Shown: positions 28,901 to 37,276 of the stretch, in pieces
How the letters are laid out: each line of letters opens with the position of its first letter
How positions within the stretch are numbered: the first letter of the stretch is position 1
Source: a virus
Taxonomy: Duplodnaviria > Caudoviricetes
DNA length: 46,645 nt
Reading direction: 5' to 3' (one strand)
IMG/VR virus record: IMGVR_UViG_3300033406_000405
Coordinates: 1 to 46,645 of that record
Position numbers and translations under genes: made by a program
The notes under the pieces: generated by a model
The model's input: the letters and a program-made list of their open reading frames with translations, nothing else
The model's database searches: none
Told to the model about the DNA's origin: nothing

Positions 28901-31900
28901 TTTAAAGGCGGCTGCCATAAGTTTTACATTAAAGACCGGATTCGCTGACAATTTATTAAGTTCGGCCTGCAGTTCTTTCATGGCTGTGGCCAATGCTTCA
29001 TCACTATCATCAATGAAGTGGAAAGCTTTTGGCTGTGCAGGCTTCTTCTGCATCTGTTTTGTTTGCGGTTTTTGCCCAGACAACTCTTTTAGCCTATTCT
29101 GTAAATACTCTCGGTTTTCTTGGCTACCATCAAAGCCGCCTGCTCCAACGACATTTTCTGCTTGCCTACGTTCGTCCATGTCAAAATCATTCTGAGATTT
29201 TGCAGCCGATATTTCTTCTTTTTGTAGTGCCTCCATGTCGTTCTCTTTTTGAGTACCGCTTTTCAATTCTTCAAGGTAGTGCTGCCCCTTTTCCGTAAGC
29301 ATCATTTTACCGCCGGGAGCAGATACCAATTTACTTGCAACTAAATCTTGTAATTCATCTACGTTATATCGATCCACAAACTGCCGGGGAGTAAGTTTAT
29401 TCACCGCAATATCTGAAAGCATAGTTTTATCTTGTTCACTGTTATCGTAAATGGGTTGGGGTGAAGTCGCTGTTTTTTCAGTAGGTTGAGAAGTGCGTTC
29501 CTCCGGCTGCTTTTGTTCCACCCCTGCAATTTCGTTGGCCGTTTTCACTGTTTTATCGGATTTCTTGGCATACCATACTTTCTTTGCGCGATTCCACCGG
29601 AAACCGTTCGTTTTTAACCGCTCACGGATTTCTTCACTTGGCTTACCGTCAAACTTAAGTTCTATACCATTTTTCTCAGTGTTTTCAATGATTTGAACAC
29701 CAGAAGATTTCTTTGCGTTAGCTATAGTAGCAGTTTCATTAACGGGTGATGTTGGCAATTGTTTCGGCTGTTCCGTTATATTAGTTTCCGTAGAAGGTTT
29801 TCCACCGCCAAAAATTGCATTAGCAATTGTCTTTACTTGGTCTAATAACGGTTGAGGGTTTATGCCATATACCGTATTCGGCCATTTTTTTGCTGTTTCA
29901 ATGGCTAACTCTGGATCACCGACAAAAACCTCTGAAAGCTTCCCTTGCAAATATAAAGCATGTGACAACACACCATATGTTCTTCGAATAATGTCCTTTC
30001 TATCGGAGTCATTGACAACGTTTCCCCAGGTTTGAGCCGAATTGAAATACTTCTGAGCTTCTTTTACCGCATCCTCTACTGCGCTTCGAGACGCGGGGCC
30101 AGTATCAGGGATACGATTCATTACGGTAGAGAAGTTATTATTATCAATCGATTTGCCGATAGAATCCCGTTCATCATATAACTTATTTAATTTTGCTAAT
30201 TCTTCAGCCGTTAATTTCGTAGAAGTACTCTCTGATGTATCGTCGATGGGTGCGTTAAATACTTCAGCCTGACCGTATTTTTTGATTAGTTCATCTTCAT
30301 AGTCATCTATTTTTTTCTGTGCAGAATCATATTCCTCTTCCGTTACAGGATTTGCTGTATTCGCAGAATCTTGGTCCTGAATATTAGTCCGTGCTGTGTC
30401 CTTAGCCATATGGTTTTTCAACATTTCTTCATAAGGTATTACTAGATGTGCATATTGCATTGCCCCCATTTGGTCAAGGAATTGAACTAACTCTGAACTT
30501 ACAGCTTCTAATCCACTTCTATCACGATAATACGCATCTAACACTATCTGAGCTGTTTCACCATCGTCTGTAATCCGTCCATCAATCTTTTTATCTCTTC
30601 TTGCTTGTTTTAGGTAATTTACTAATGCTTGATAACGGCCTTGCATTCTTGTACGTAAATCAGTGACATATTTGCTTACTTGGTGATCGCCTAACAATAA
30701 ATCAATCATGTGCCTTATTTCATGTGAAAATGTTCCACTTGGTGCATTTTCACCTCTGCTTATTCTAGCACCATAATGACCACCTACAAGCGTACCAACA
30801 CCAACATCATCACGGGCTTTACCACGATTATTTCTCATATCTTCATCAGAAATTATTTCACCGCGCAAAACGCCCTTCAACTGTGGATTAAGTCTATTCA
30901 ACTCACTTACTCGCCATAAATCATATTCTTTTCTGGACATTTGCCATGGTTCTTTTGTGGTATTTACTAGTTCCTGATTACCTTCACTTAGTGTTGAGCG
31001 GTTTCCTGATCCTGTTCCTTTCAGCACTGCGCTCGTCGCGCCAACTTCTTCATTATTTCCACCATTCGTGGCCTGACCGTTAGATAACCCCTCTGTTCCG
31101 GTTCCCAACCCGTTTTCTTCGAATAGGTTTTGTCCTCTGACACCTTCGGTCAACTCCTTTGCCGATTCTAAGGTTTCGCTTATCGTAGGTTGTTTTGCCG
31201 CAAATAACGTATTCTGTTTTGGGTTTCCCGCTTCATTTACACTATCAACGTATGTATTCAATAATTCAATTATCCGTCGCGGGCGTTGCTTATTATCATC
31301 AAACAATTTTAACAAGGCTTTGGCTTCCGGCGACAACCCTTCCCCAAATAGCCCTTGTTCTTGTAAGTATACGCTGACGGATTTTCCTTCATCCCGCAAA
31401 GCGGACAATTGTTTAACCGCTTCTGTAATATTCGGAGTAATATCCAGCGGAAACAGTTCGCCGCGTTCAATTTTCTCCTTCATTTGGGCCATTCGCGGGG
31501 CTACTGCCAACAAAGCATTGGATATTTTTTTTACATTATTATCCAACGTTTCAGCCAATCTTGCAAGTAAATAATTATCCCCGTAAGCCTTGGCAAACAG
31601 TGCATTTTTCAGGCGTTGAATTCCCTGCTGACTAATCTTTCCGTCACTATCCATTAGGGCATTCATTTCATTTGGCGTAGCAATATCACCCAAAGCAGAT
31701 TGCACAAAGCCCCGGTTAGCGGCGGTCATTAGGTCTCCAGCTTCATTGGCAGAAAACAAGGATAATGTATTAGCCGAAAGGCGATTCGCATCAACAGTAG
31801 CCTGTTCGGATGCACCCATCACTGCCCCGCCTTCTGTAGAGGTAATGATTTTTTCTAGTGGGACATCGGCCATACGCTGCCGGACTAATACCGGATTCTG

Positions 31901-34501
31901 AACTTGTGCAATATCTTCCGGGTTTATTCCGAAGGAAGGAGCATTATCCATAAGGTATTGCTTATAGGCATTTGCGCTGGGTGCATTGGTGCCATACATA
32001 GTTTGAAGGGCCATCGTGCGCCCGTTGCCGTTTTCTACAACATTATCGGCATTAACCAGTGGAGCCCCTTGGTTAATAGAACGACCAGCCCCAAGGTCGG
32101 CTGGTCTGAGTGAATTTACTATGGAATTGATTTGCTGCTTCATGGAAGCCCGGTCCCGATCACGCGGCTGCATTTCCTGCGGATAGTTTTCATTCGGAGA
32201 AAAATCCGTATTATGAGAAGCAACTAAGTTATTGGCCGGAACTACCTTATATTGCACCGGAAACTCTGTTCCGTCATCCGTCCGGACTATATCGTTTTTA
32301 CCAAGTAAAGGCTTTGGTGAGTTTACCCCTATAGGCGCAATACTCTTCAGCTGTGTTGTCGATTCCGCAATATTGTTCCCAGTATTATTATACCTTTCAG
32401 CCATTAAACGATATGCTTCCGCTAAAATATTATCCCCAGCTTGCGCTGCCAGCGTGGAAGCTTGCGTGTAATCCCCACCTTGGGCAACATTACGCGCCTG
32501 GGATATAAGGTCACTAGGATCTTGCTTTTCTACCTGATCAGAATTGACCTGAGTATCCTTTTCCTGATTCGCCGGTGTAATTGTGTCAGTCGATACATTT
32601 GTGCCATTTGTAGGCGTTTCTGCGGTTTTTTCTCGTAGTAAATCGGCAATTTCTACCGGGTACTTTTCCACTATATCTTTAATTCTGCCATTATCCACGG
32701 CATCATTAATAAAGTTGATTTCATTTTCATCCCGCGATGTTTCGGCTTTTTCTTCGGCCCATGTTTTAACATCGTCCAACTGCAAAGGAGTTAAGTCATC
32801 AGTGTTAATTTTAATATCGCCTATATTAGCCCCAGGCCCGGTATCGGTGCCGCCCAAGTTTTCCATGCGTCCTAAAATAGAATCCGCATATTCGTTTATG
32901 CTGGGTTCATTTCCATTACCCTGTTTACGGTTTTTGGCTTCATCCGAATAGTCCAGTGCGCCTTCCCCGCCGTACCAAGCTATAGCCGCCCCTCTTGGTC
33001 CGTATTTATCGTAATACTCCCGAAGCTTATTTCTCGCAACTATCTCCTGGTTCTGTGGGGTCATCGGGGCATCCGGGGATAATCCGGCATCCTGCGACCA
33101 ACTCGCCCAGTTTTCGGGCATAATCTGAAACTTGCCGGCCGCTCCGGTACGTTTATTTACAGCATCATAATTACCGCCGGATTCTTGACCAGAAATTGCT
33201 TTAACCAAGGTTTCAAAGTTTGCATCCGAATTTGCCACATTCAAATTGGTGGCTTCACTCGAATCATAAGCCGGATTATAGGCAGTACTGTTATTAGCCG
33301 CCGTTTCCACTTGATTGGCTGCCGGAAGATCATCCAATACGTTTTCACTATTTTCCCTATTACCAGACGTATTTTTTCTTTTACCGTTATTGGTTACGCC
33401 TCCATACGCGCCGCCAACAATACCAAAGGGAAGCGCGCCAACTGCTCCGGCACCAGCGGCGGCAAATTCGTTCGGTCCCCATGTAAAGGGATTGGCGAAA
33501 CCTAAGCCGCTGGGTGACCTTTGTCCTGTTGCTTCGTTTTGTATTGCCTGCTGTCCACCTTCCGTATACCACTCTGTAGGCATGCCAGTAGCAGTATTTA
33601 ACGCAATATTTTTCCCCACTCTCTTCAAAACGGAATCCGTAGGATTTAAGAAAAGTTTGCCCAATTTGCCTGTCAGTCCGGTAAGTTCAATCGCACCTTC
33701 TCCCATTAGTAAGGGAATGTTTTTACCTACTACTTGATCGGCGATTCCCTTTATTTGCTCATCAGTATATCCCTGTTTTCGTAAATCATCTACAATATTA
33801 CCGCCTTCGGAAACGGCTTCCGGGATTTTACTTAATGCACCAGCAGTACCCCATTTAACGGCTTCCTGTCCGGCTTCCGAGGCCACCTTTTGACCCAATT
33901 TATTTAGACCGACTTTCATTAAACCTTTACCTAAAAGACCAGCTCCAATAGCCGGAACTTCTTCCGGTATAATTGGAGCGGTGGCGACAGCAATCGGGAG
34001 CAAAGCCGCACTACTGCCAACGCCTTGCCCAACGTCTGCCGCAGCCCCCGCAGGATTCGTCCAATAGTCAGAGACAAAAGGAATTCGATCCAATCCACTA
34101 TATTGTTTTGCATCTGAGGGGATATTCGAATTAGCTAGGTTCGTTCCCCAATCTCCAGCGGTTTTCACAACCCCTTTAACTGCAGTTATGTCATTTTCAG
34201 TAGGTGGGGCGGATTCAATTTGAGTTATCTTATTACTATTGGCGATATTATTGCCGTATACTAAACCCGCAGCGTTAAGGTCTTGAACTAATTTTGCAAC
34301 TTCAGGTGCATGGACTTCCGCATATCGCCCTAGACCTCCATAGACACTACCAAAACCTGCTTTGGCATTTCGCCGCGCAGCGTCTAAATAGCCGGAATAG
34401 GGCGGGGAATATGGTTCTAATGAATCAAGCACATCTTGCGTCGAAGATTTCGTATTACTATTTTCAGGTAAAGAATTAAGTATATCATCCTCATTAGCCA
34501 C
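19904..34501 (-). CDS. Giant polyvalent virion/ejection protein with DarB-like methylase-helicase (~4865 aa)
   Basis: G/A-rich apolar N-terminus. SLT QESGG...GKFQIMP (~32860-33220). ddrB-ParB-like LVASH...QPRDR...VENGNGR (~31840-32260). HEIRH (30710-30724). MTase VLEPSVAIGNF and IGNWPF (~27050-28120). SF2 helicase HEVGTGKS, DEAH, TGTPITN, QRNGRGWRQGN (~24000-25800). Helical LPD38-like C-terminus. GTG 34501 fits the AGGAGG spacing better than 34510. Confidence 0.9.
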   Translation of the reverse strand: MANEDDILNSLPENSNTKSSTQDVLDSLEPYSPPYSGYLDAARRNAKAGFGSVYGGLGRYAEVHAPEVAKLVQDLNAAGLVYGNNIANSNKITQIESAPPTENDITAVKGVVKTAGDWGTNLANSNIPSDAKQYSGLDRIPFVSDYWTNPAGAAADVGQGVGSSAALLPIAVATAPIIPEEVPAIGAGLLGKGLMKVGLNKLGQKVASEAGQEAVKWGTAGALSKIPEAVSEGGNIVDDLRKQGYTDEQIKGIADQVVGKNIPLLMGEGAIELTGLTGKLGKLFLNPTDSVLKRVGKNIALNTATGMPTEWYTEGGQQAIQNEATGQRSPSGLGFANPFTWGPNEFAAAGAGAVGALPFGIVGGAYGGVTNNGKRKNTSGNRENSENVLDDLPAANQVETAANNSTAYNPAYDSSEATNLNVANSDANFETLVKAISGQESGGNYDAVNKRTGAAGKFQIMPENWASWSQDAGLSPDAPMTPQNQEIVARNKLREYYDKYGPRGAAIAWYGGEGALDYSDEAKNRKQGNGNEPSINEYADSILGRMENLGGTDTGPGANIGDIKINTDDLTPLQLDDVKTWAEEKAETSRDENEINFINDAVDNGRIKDIVEKYPVEIADLLREKTAETPTNGTNVSTDTITPANQEKDTQVNSDQVEKQDPSDLISQARNVAQGGDYTQASTLAAQAGDNILAEAYRLMAERYNNTGNNIAESTTQLKSIAPIGVNSPKPLLGKNDIVRTDDGTEFPVQYKVVPANNLVASHNTDFSPNENYPQEMQPRDRDRASMKQQINSIVNSLRPADLGAGRSINQGAPLVNADNVVENGNGRTMALQTMYGTNAPSANAYKQYLMDNAPSFGINPEDIAQVQNPVLVRQRMADVPLEKIITSTEGGAVMGASEQATVDANRLSANTLSLFSANEAGDLMTAANRGFVQSALGDIATPNEMNALMDSDGKISQQGIQRLKNALFAKAYGDNYLLARLAETLDNNVKKISNALLAVAPRMAQMKEKIERGELFPLDITPNITEAVKQLSALRDEGKSVSVYLQEQGLFGEGLSPEAKALLKLFDDNKQRPRRIIELLNTYVDSVNEAGNPKQNTLFAAKQPTISETLESAKELTEGVRGQNLFEENGLGTGTEGLSNGQATNGGNNEEVGATSAVLKGTGSGNRSTLSEGNQELVNTTKEPWQMSRKEYDLWRVSELNRLNPQLKGVLRGEIISDEDMRNNRGKARDDVGVGTLVGGHYGARISRGENAPSGTFSHEIRHMIDLLLGDHQVSKYVTDLRTRMQGRYQALVNYLKQARRDKKIDGRITDDGETAQIVLDAYYRDRSGLEAVSSELVQFLDQMGAMQYAHLVIPYEEMLKNHMAKDTARTNIQDQDSANTANPVTEEEYDSAQKKIDDYEDELIKKYGQAEVFNAPIDDTSESTSTKLTAEELAKLNKLYDERDSIGKSIDNNNFSTVMNRIPDTGPASRSAVEDAVKEAQKYFNSAQTWGNVVNDSDRKDIIRRTYGVLSHALYLQGKLSEVFVGDPELAIETAKKWPNTVYGINPQPLLDQVKTIANAIFGGGKPSTETNITEQPKQLPTSPVNETATIANAKKSSGVQIIENTEKNGIELKFDGKPSEEIRERLKTNGFRWNRAKKVWYAKKSDKTVKTANEIAGVEQKQPEERTSQPTEKTATSPQPIYDNSEQDKTMLSDIAVNKLTPRQFVDRYNVDELQDLVASKLVSAPGGKMMLTEKGQHYLEELKSGTQKENDMEALQKEEISAAKSQNDFDMDERRQAENVVGAGGFDGSQENREYLQNRLKELSGQKPQTKQMQKKPAQPKAFHFIDDSDEALATAMKELQAELNKLSANPVFNVKLMAAAFKVGAIHLQRGVNEFSAWSNQMVDTVGEKIEPFLPSVWEAINKWPKDVQYNDEVANTLFEYAGILYQDGITSLDAMKNKIEQDLGKQYTGLTEAVHAGVTEWPGFKKGAESHGSAAIDGGQRPSEVDHTQESGNREGMGSRELGRKGTDRVLGSVSTPDVRTPEETENPGKDGSRSDEHVLRSSDEIYEGGTPNTGRESRSSEGLAAKGTGGGSRGGTGSEQHGTRNEGSIRDAERSEATGLVPNNQRQNHFIADPENMIGGSPKLRFGKNKGAIEAFQSITEEGREPTPEELSTMAAYTGWGSFGQELFNGSWDRPRPKALWEKEDAWLREHLGKEAWESAQRSIINAHYTDPPTVQTMWNIMRAMGFTGGRVLEPSVAIGNFFGLMPRDLMEKSELTGIELDQTTGGMTKILYPEANVQIKGYQDSKTADNFYDLVIGNWPFAAEGPVDRRYAKLSPSLHDYFFLKALDQTRPGGIIMGITSAGTMDKIGKSTRLAMAKKGELVAAFRLPTGAFEKYAGTKVVTDLIILRKRQEPLTTSASNEGWINLADVKSPSGQDFQVNEYYVAHPDHVLGELDFGHGTTTGRPGMIVNRPANLLELLNSLADRVPQDGFVPFTPKEEIKYLTNNTKDRQGSIVGHDDGNLYVVSGEHLAPLNEVAKYKVKSEKETLNRENQIKALVGMRKAYGQLIDAERDSTPNTEELRKVLNKQYKSFVKQFGNLTDSYGLNMLNRVNDPAYGSLAALEYEGKPAKILTEPTTRGKVTVANPSIRDAYIIARNESMDIDIVKIAKAAHVSEDEVIHELEGSGAVFRTPAGNYEVSDVYLSGNVRRKLREAQDAFDGGQKGMERNIEALQKVIPKTVPYFQIEAKLGAPWVKPEHYQQFIAEMLGVTKPEEIADIKIRFGGGSWGVRFENKALNSRPEATTQWGVSDYKFDKLLTAAMNNRTVKITYKDEDGKTVIDEEATTQANDKITKIREEFPTWAWKDAERRIWLENNYNEVMNAVASPHFDGSFMEFPGMALKRGDSPFNLRQHQQNAIYRGLVNGRGIYAHEVGTGKSYTIGGIAVESRRYGIAKKPLIFAHNANSASLAADINQMYPGAKVLYIEKPKDFDVAARRIANDDWDAIVVPHSLINKFALTRETLDELSAEEIAQLEQEALDAAAEDNANLDIKDMDDPEAMSKVRSVTAKELVKERNRIIKKIDEMAMRASKEGAIPFEELGIDLVLVDEAHEFKKPPITTKMTMRGLNKGTSDRSVALRLLTDYVKKMNNGRGVHTFTGTPITNTLTEIYHQMRYVMDDQMERDGIKDWDTWFSTFADSVNDVELTATGEYEPITRLAAFVNVPELRRVVGQYMDIVFADQMPEFRPRETPDGKTLSSKDLTEADREALVNGRTENPVGRPYKKIINDIGPMTEAQKGILGELVKLAKKFKNASKKERFEIMKSGDPASPVLVETAAANAGMDPRLVNRHLPDNSDLKENCCIRNVITHYKEHPQATQVIFMERGYNDESVRSKTAKDGTVTKTKIPVFNMVKDMVNKMVEAGIPREQIAVVDGSVSKEKRKEIADAMNESKIRVVIGNTATLGVGVNMQTNLRAMHHLDAPWMPGELEQRNGRGWRQGNKWNTVLEYRYITEKLDGRRWQVLAVKDNFIKKFLKADENTRVVEGDAVSMDDGDEVNDITASLSEATGDPRTQMREKLKTDIAKLEKRERMHTYGIADAAGKVRELQEKIKRNTTLIKELDFDYKQYIASKEKPFSAVIDGKRYDNRKDTDAALEDAIKRTAATNDGVELGKVHGFTILMQKGWLNTNFLLSGNGEYSIEPSMASVEGKLRGLNKRAEALGSGIDEAKASIERLKEVQKQPFAQADTLVKKRKMLDDLEKDLQNNPVPAPSWLRQGAPVGTEIYVDGKPTTVEGHKWGQDNYYVITDKGSIPYTQATDESGVPIYEPHVFEPAIKEEPVENSNGSTNNRAKLNVGFDPTFGEFDNVDLAEEIRKAANRLQDALPGLVELGKRLVVDGYTKSGDWVKKMRELLGEAWSKVKSKMVDVWKQVKDMAANECGNVMFAKEAATENREEGNSEENNTKESVDSSDINKVNQNAVQNLAQRFGIKPSKNVTIRKKPTTNKIGFFSNALNSVNEIAQKHPKIKPFFRLATMAMEKQETLRNEFRHRKEKWEKLLDKNGKATLYQILLQGDIDGKDYTNEDLRQAGYSDNVIKAYRMVRVAMDKAYNLTNEIRQGIEIKSENLDAHQLEALKSNKFVTILKETPAVGGYTLVTYKTPKIREDTAVMTEKDLDEMRQNPNVEVLSATPYGVTEYAMPESSGLTRGDGFYEVHYRSQTPPINKLKGYIPHFFHDWFIMQKEIDEETGKSTYTMLDSGTTMQEATQKANKIAKENPDMEIVIQPKQFRFEGEQMQAAVVGDYQYFKMQKKIAEDLQISLSDAKQFMDGKVGMKGRHRFMGNFLQRKGAAGYEQNLDWVLSHHFNMVSRYVAMDPFKSKSISTFERLFGRWDNASHEGVASYVKDYINDVNGVPTNIEKVLNDALNLNPVFKKYLGAYFGDRPALQLVSGLTNTIAVLKLGMLNVSSALLQVAQFINVGAALNDYGVASKGLARAIRPDLADRIILRKAGIDTNLTMESGSYSRAGNVGKLFKNSTILFHYLDMLMRRTAILGAYHKAISQGKSKEEALQYAKSINTQANFDYSVADAPNLFRRGGPVAQLLLQFKKFGIKEVELIGDLLHEGTLGQNLRLWIPLLLLSGLFAGPPFANTLLELLSGILGVDLEEKMKKAMFTWAGEDKDRQTLIKAINYGILSTDYTGSVDISNRTGLGDIMPTELKDAFGPAVSTLLSVIREVGRGNINETLKAVSPGVGNIAQAVAGESKTARGRTNNVYDTMYERLVKGLGFRLADEAVSSDLRNIISTEEKEKQAQDAKAIDNYINNPSDENRNKLAERRISGKRVSTEIQKKSKTGLERSLQNVSKGQRGEYEYINSYDESKK
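28180..28572 (-). CDS. Nested +1-frame gene inside the giant ORF (130 aa, helical, TnpV-like)
   Basis: AAGAAGGGGG RBS 9 nt before ATG. Protein-like sequence YWEAYRPQMYARLKKL...AEAARDWLLREPEE, while the host frame here is a G/S/E/R/T-rich linker. Confidence 0.7.
   Translation of the reverse strand: MAAPLSMEDKDLVKWTIRKSREIEKEWGVGSWAEKELIEYWEAYRPQMYARLKKLKILERMAHVLMNMYYEAQTKYMKAGLPIPDAKAEAARDWLLREPEEGVEEELEANSMGRGMKEVFEMLNAARQRA
31021..31143 (-). CDS. Possible second nested +1-frame gene (40 aa)
   Basis: AAGGAG (31154-31159) 10 nt before GTG. MSEDKTYSKKTGWEPEQRGYLTVRPRMVEIMKKLARRAQC lies within a G/N/E-rich linker of the host frame. Confidence 0.35.
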   Translation of the reverse strand: MSEDKTYSKKTGWEPEQRGYLTVRPRMVEIMKKLARRAQC

Positions 34502-34513
34502 TAAGTCCACCTC

Positions 34514-36361
34514 CTAATAGACCCAACTATCAAATCTATTTCCGTAGCCTTTTTCTCGTAGTTTCTGTTTAATAACATCCGCGGAAATATTAGATGCTTT
34601 ACACTGATCAATCCAATCTGCTACTTTTTGTTCAGACCCCGATGGTTGATACGAAGACTGGCTCGCTGTAGACGTTTGCGGAAGTTTTATGCCCATCGTA
34701 TTCGCTAATGTAGAATTTAATAGATTAAAGTTTGTATTTGTATCCTCCATTTTCTTTTGTAATTGAGCAATATTATCTTTATCCGATTGGGTGAGCATTC
34801 CATTTCCGGCCTTAACAATCGAATTGATCTCGTTTTGATACCCTGCTATCTGGGCCTTATAGCTATTTGCCATTCCAGCTATATCTTCAAGTTGCTTTAA
34901 TCCATATTGTTTAATCTGATAATCTTTTTCGTTATTAAATCTATCCCGCGCTAATTGATAATTCAAATTAAACTGTCTATCACTTTGATCCATTTTAGCA
35001 TCAAACTGATCTTTATTCTGTTTTAAAGTGTCTTGACGATCTTGATGTGTCAATACCTCACCAGGTGTACTACTCTTTACAAAGAAAGGCCCAGGGGAGA
35101 ATGTAGGCGTACTGCCAAAGGGGTCCGTGCCAACCGCATGAAAATTAACAGTACCGCCAGTATCAGTCTTTTCCACTTGATACTTGGGCGCAAAGTCTTG
35201 CGCTATTTTTATCCCATTGTTGCCCATTCCCATGCCAAGTGCCCTTCTTGCGGCTTCTCTAGTATCACCTTGAGGAGATAACAAAATTGACATATATTTA
35301 TTTTGTATATCACTGGTTTGTTTTTCTATAAGTGGCTGCAGTTTGGCTATGGTATCGGCACCTAATCCCGCTTTTACTAGCTGTGCCATAGCATCCGTTG
35401 TATAAATGGTTGGATTAAAGTTTTTTATAGCCTCTCCATAGGCCGCCCCTTTAGCGAGGTTTGCTATAGCCGGGTCTTTCGCCACATCCTCTAAGGTAAT
35501 ATTATATTTATTATCCACTGCATTCTTTATCGCATCGGTTGCACTTTTCGGTAATAGTCCCTGATTGGTATTATAATTGCCGTCAATACCGATTACCGAT
35601 TTACCATACGTCCCGAGTAGACTGGGGTTAAACATGGAATTTTTGGCCCATTCCGCATTAGAGTGAGCATCTTCCATGTTTTTTTGTAACTCGGAGGCTC
35701 TGGCCTGTAATCCTTGCACATCCGTATTTACGTCTGGATTAGCAAGTTTGGCATTAATACTATCCAGCTCATTTTTCGCGTTATCATAGGTAGCTTTGGC
35801 ATTGTCAATTGCTTGTATAGCCGAAGTAGCCGCCGGAGCTTGCGTCGACAAATCGGCTTTAACGTTGTTATTATTTTGAATAAATTGGTTAACGTCATCA
35901 TTGGCACCAAGGCCGGTTAAATCCACGCCTTTCTTACTCAATAACCCCCTGGTATAATCGGCCTTTTGATGAAGTCCGTCTAATTGATTTTGCAAATTTG
36001 TTTTCTGCTGATTTAGCGCATTTAATGCATTCTGATCCGAAGTTCCAGCTATTTGATTATTTATATCCGTTAATTTATTATTGGTGATTACCCAGTTATT
36101 TTGTAAATCGGCAAGACTGTTGACTCCATTCATTCCCACTAAACCTTTCATACCGGAAATCTGGTCAGCCGCCGCCGTGATTTGATCATTGGTTGGCGTA
36201 GGATTTAATGCCGGGTTTGCCTGATTGGATATTATCCCTAACCCTTTAGCCAACGCTTCATTCTGCGCTTTTGCATCAAGAAGTTGACCCATTTTATTGC
36301 CTATGGCTGTACCAAGATTACCCCAACGATCTTGCGAAGGTTCAAATTGCACCTGCCCCAT
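34514..36361 (-). CDS. Probable internal virion/DNA ejection protein (Q/N-rich coiled coil)
   Basis: Position between the small Gly-rich gene and the giant protein. Repeated coiled-coil segments. Confidence 0.6.
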   Translation of the reverse strand: MGQVQFEPSQDRWGNLGTAIGNKMGQLLDAKAQNEALAKGLGIISNQANPALNPTPTNDQITAAADQISGMKGLVGMNGVNSLADLQNNWVITNNKLTDINNQIAGTSDQNALNALNQQKTNLQNQLDGLHQKADYTRGLLSKKGVDLTGLGANDDVNQFIQNNNNVKADLSTQAPAATSAIQAIDNAKATYDNAKNELDSINAKLANPDVNTDVQGLQARASELQKNMEDAHSNAEWAKNSMFNPSLLGTYGKSVIGIDGNYNTNQGLLPKSATDAIKNAVDNKYNITLEDVAKDPAIANLAKGAAYGEAIKNFNPTIYTTDAMAQLVKAGLGADTIAKLQPLIEKQTSDIQNKYMSILLSPQGDTREAARRALGMGMGNNGIKIAQDFAPKYQVEKTDTGGTVNFHAVGTDPFGSTPTFSPGPFFVKSSTPGEVLTHQDRQDTLKQNKDQFDAKMDQSDRQFNLNYQLARDRFNNEKDYQIKQYGLKQLEDIAGMANSYKAQIAGYQNEINSIVKAGNGMLTQSDKDNIAQLQKKMEDTNTNFNLLNSTLANTMGIKLPQTSTASQSSYQPSGSEQKVADWIDQCKASNISADVIKQKLREKGYGNRFDSWVY

Positions 36362-36373
36362 ACATTCACCCCC

Positions 36374-36970
36374 CTATCCCAAACCGAACATTTTCAGTAA
36401 GGCTGCACTTCCCGCATTCGAACCAGCTAAACTTCCTAGCAAACCTGTACTTGCACCTGTCTGCACGGTCTGATAGGGTGTAGCCGCCTGGAAGTTTCGT
36501 TCCGTGGTATACCCTTGTTGTAGTGGTGTCGTCATACTCTCACCAGCGGAGATTAATCCGGTACCTAGTCCAGCAGCATTATTATAATTTTGCTGATGGG
36601 CCGCTAAGAGCTGTTGGTTGCCTGTACTTTGAACATTAGAAGCCGTATCGCTAAACTGCGTAGAATCAATGGTGCCGTTACCTGCCGCCCTGGCCAGTGC
36701 CGACCCGAAATTTTTATTTGTATTGGTGTTAATAATTTGGCTGTCAGCAGCATCCGCGCTCTTTACCTGTGAGTTTGTCCCGTTGTTATATAAATCGGTA
36801 AGATACTGTGTGCCTTTATTAATAAGTCCCTGCCCCTGGTTATACTCTTTGGTGGCTCCACTGAAAAATGTATTTCCAGAGTTCGTTCCCCATGTAGATA
36901 AGGGCCGCAAGTTATCATACTGCGTAGTAGAGCCACTTGAACCAAAAAGGAAATTACTTACTCCACTCAT
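36374..36970 (-). CDS. Probable small ejection protein (Gly/Ser/Thr-rich)
   Basis: MSGVSNFLFGSSGSTTQ start and GLLGSLAG tail, as in podovirus pilot proteins. Synteny. Confidence 0.6.
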   Translation of the reverse strand: MSGVSNFLFGSSGSTTQYDNLRPLSTWGTNSGNTFFSGATKEYNQGQGLINKGTQYLTDLYNNGTNSQVKSADAADSQIINTNTNKNFGSALARAAGNGTIDSTQFSDTASNVQSTGNQQLLAAHQQNYNNAAGLGTGLISAGESMTTPLQQGYTTERNFQAATPYQTVQTGASTGLLGSLAGSNAGSAALLKMFGLG

Positions 36971-36973
36971 GAG

Positions 36974-37276
36974 CTATACCTCCTTTTCCATAATGAAGCC
37001 GACAATGTGATACCCATATTTACGGATGAATCCAAACGGTTTTCTGTATGTACCGAACTTAATTTTCTTACAACCTAATTCCCGCGTTTTTTCCTGCAAG
37101 AAGTTATCCCAGTACCGCCCATCCCCGGTTACATCGCCAGCCATAATCGTATCGCCATCCTGTTTCCAAATACAAAACCCTTTTTCTTCATCAAACTCAA
37201 AGTTTGAATCAGGAAAAGGGTTAAATTTATGGCCTAATTTCGCTTCATAAAACTGTAGCCATTTCTTTTTCGTCAT
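36974..37276 (-). CDS. GNAT-fold-like morphogenesis protein (T7 gp13/P22 gp14 position)
   Basis: KGFCIW...TRELGCKKIKFGT...FIRKYGYHIVG. Synteny before the ejection genes. Confidence 0.55.
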   Translation of the reverse strand: MTKKKWLQFYEAKLGHKFNPFPDSNFEFDEEKGFCIWKQDGDTIMAGDVTGDGRYWDNFLQEKTRELGCKKIKFGTYRKPFGFIRKYGYHIVGFIMEKEV

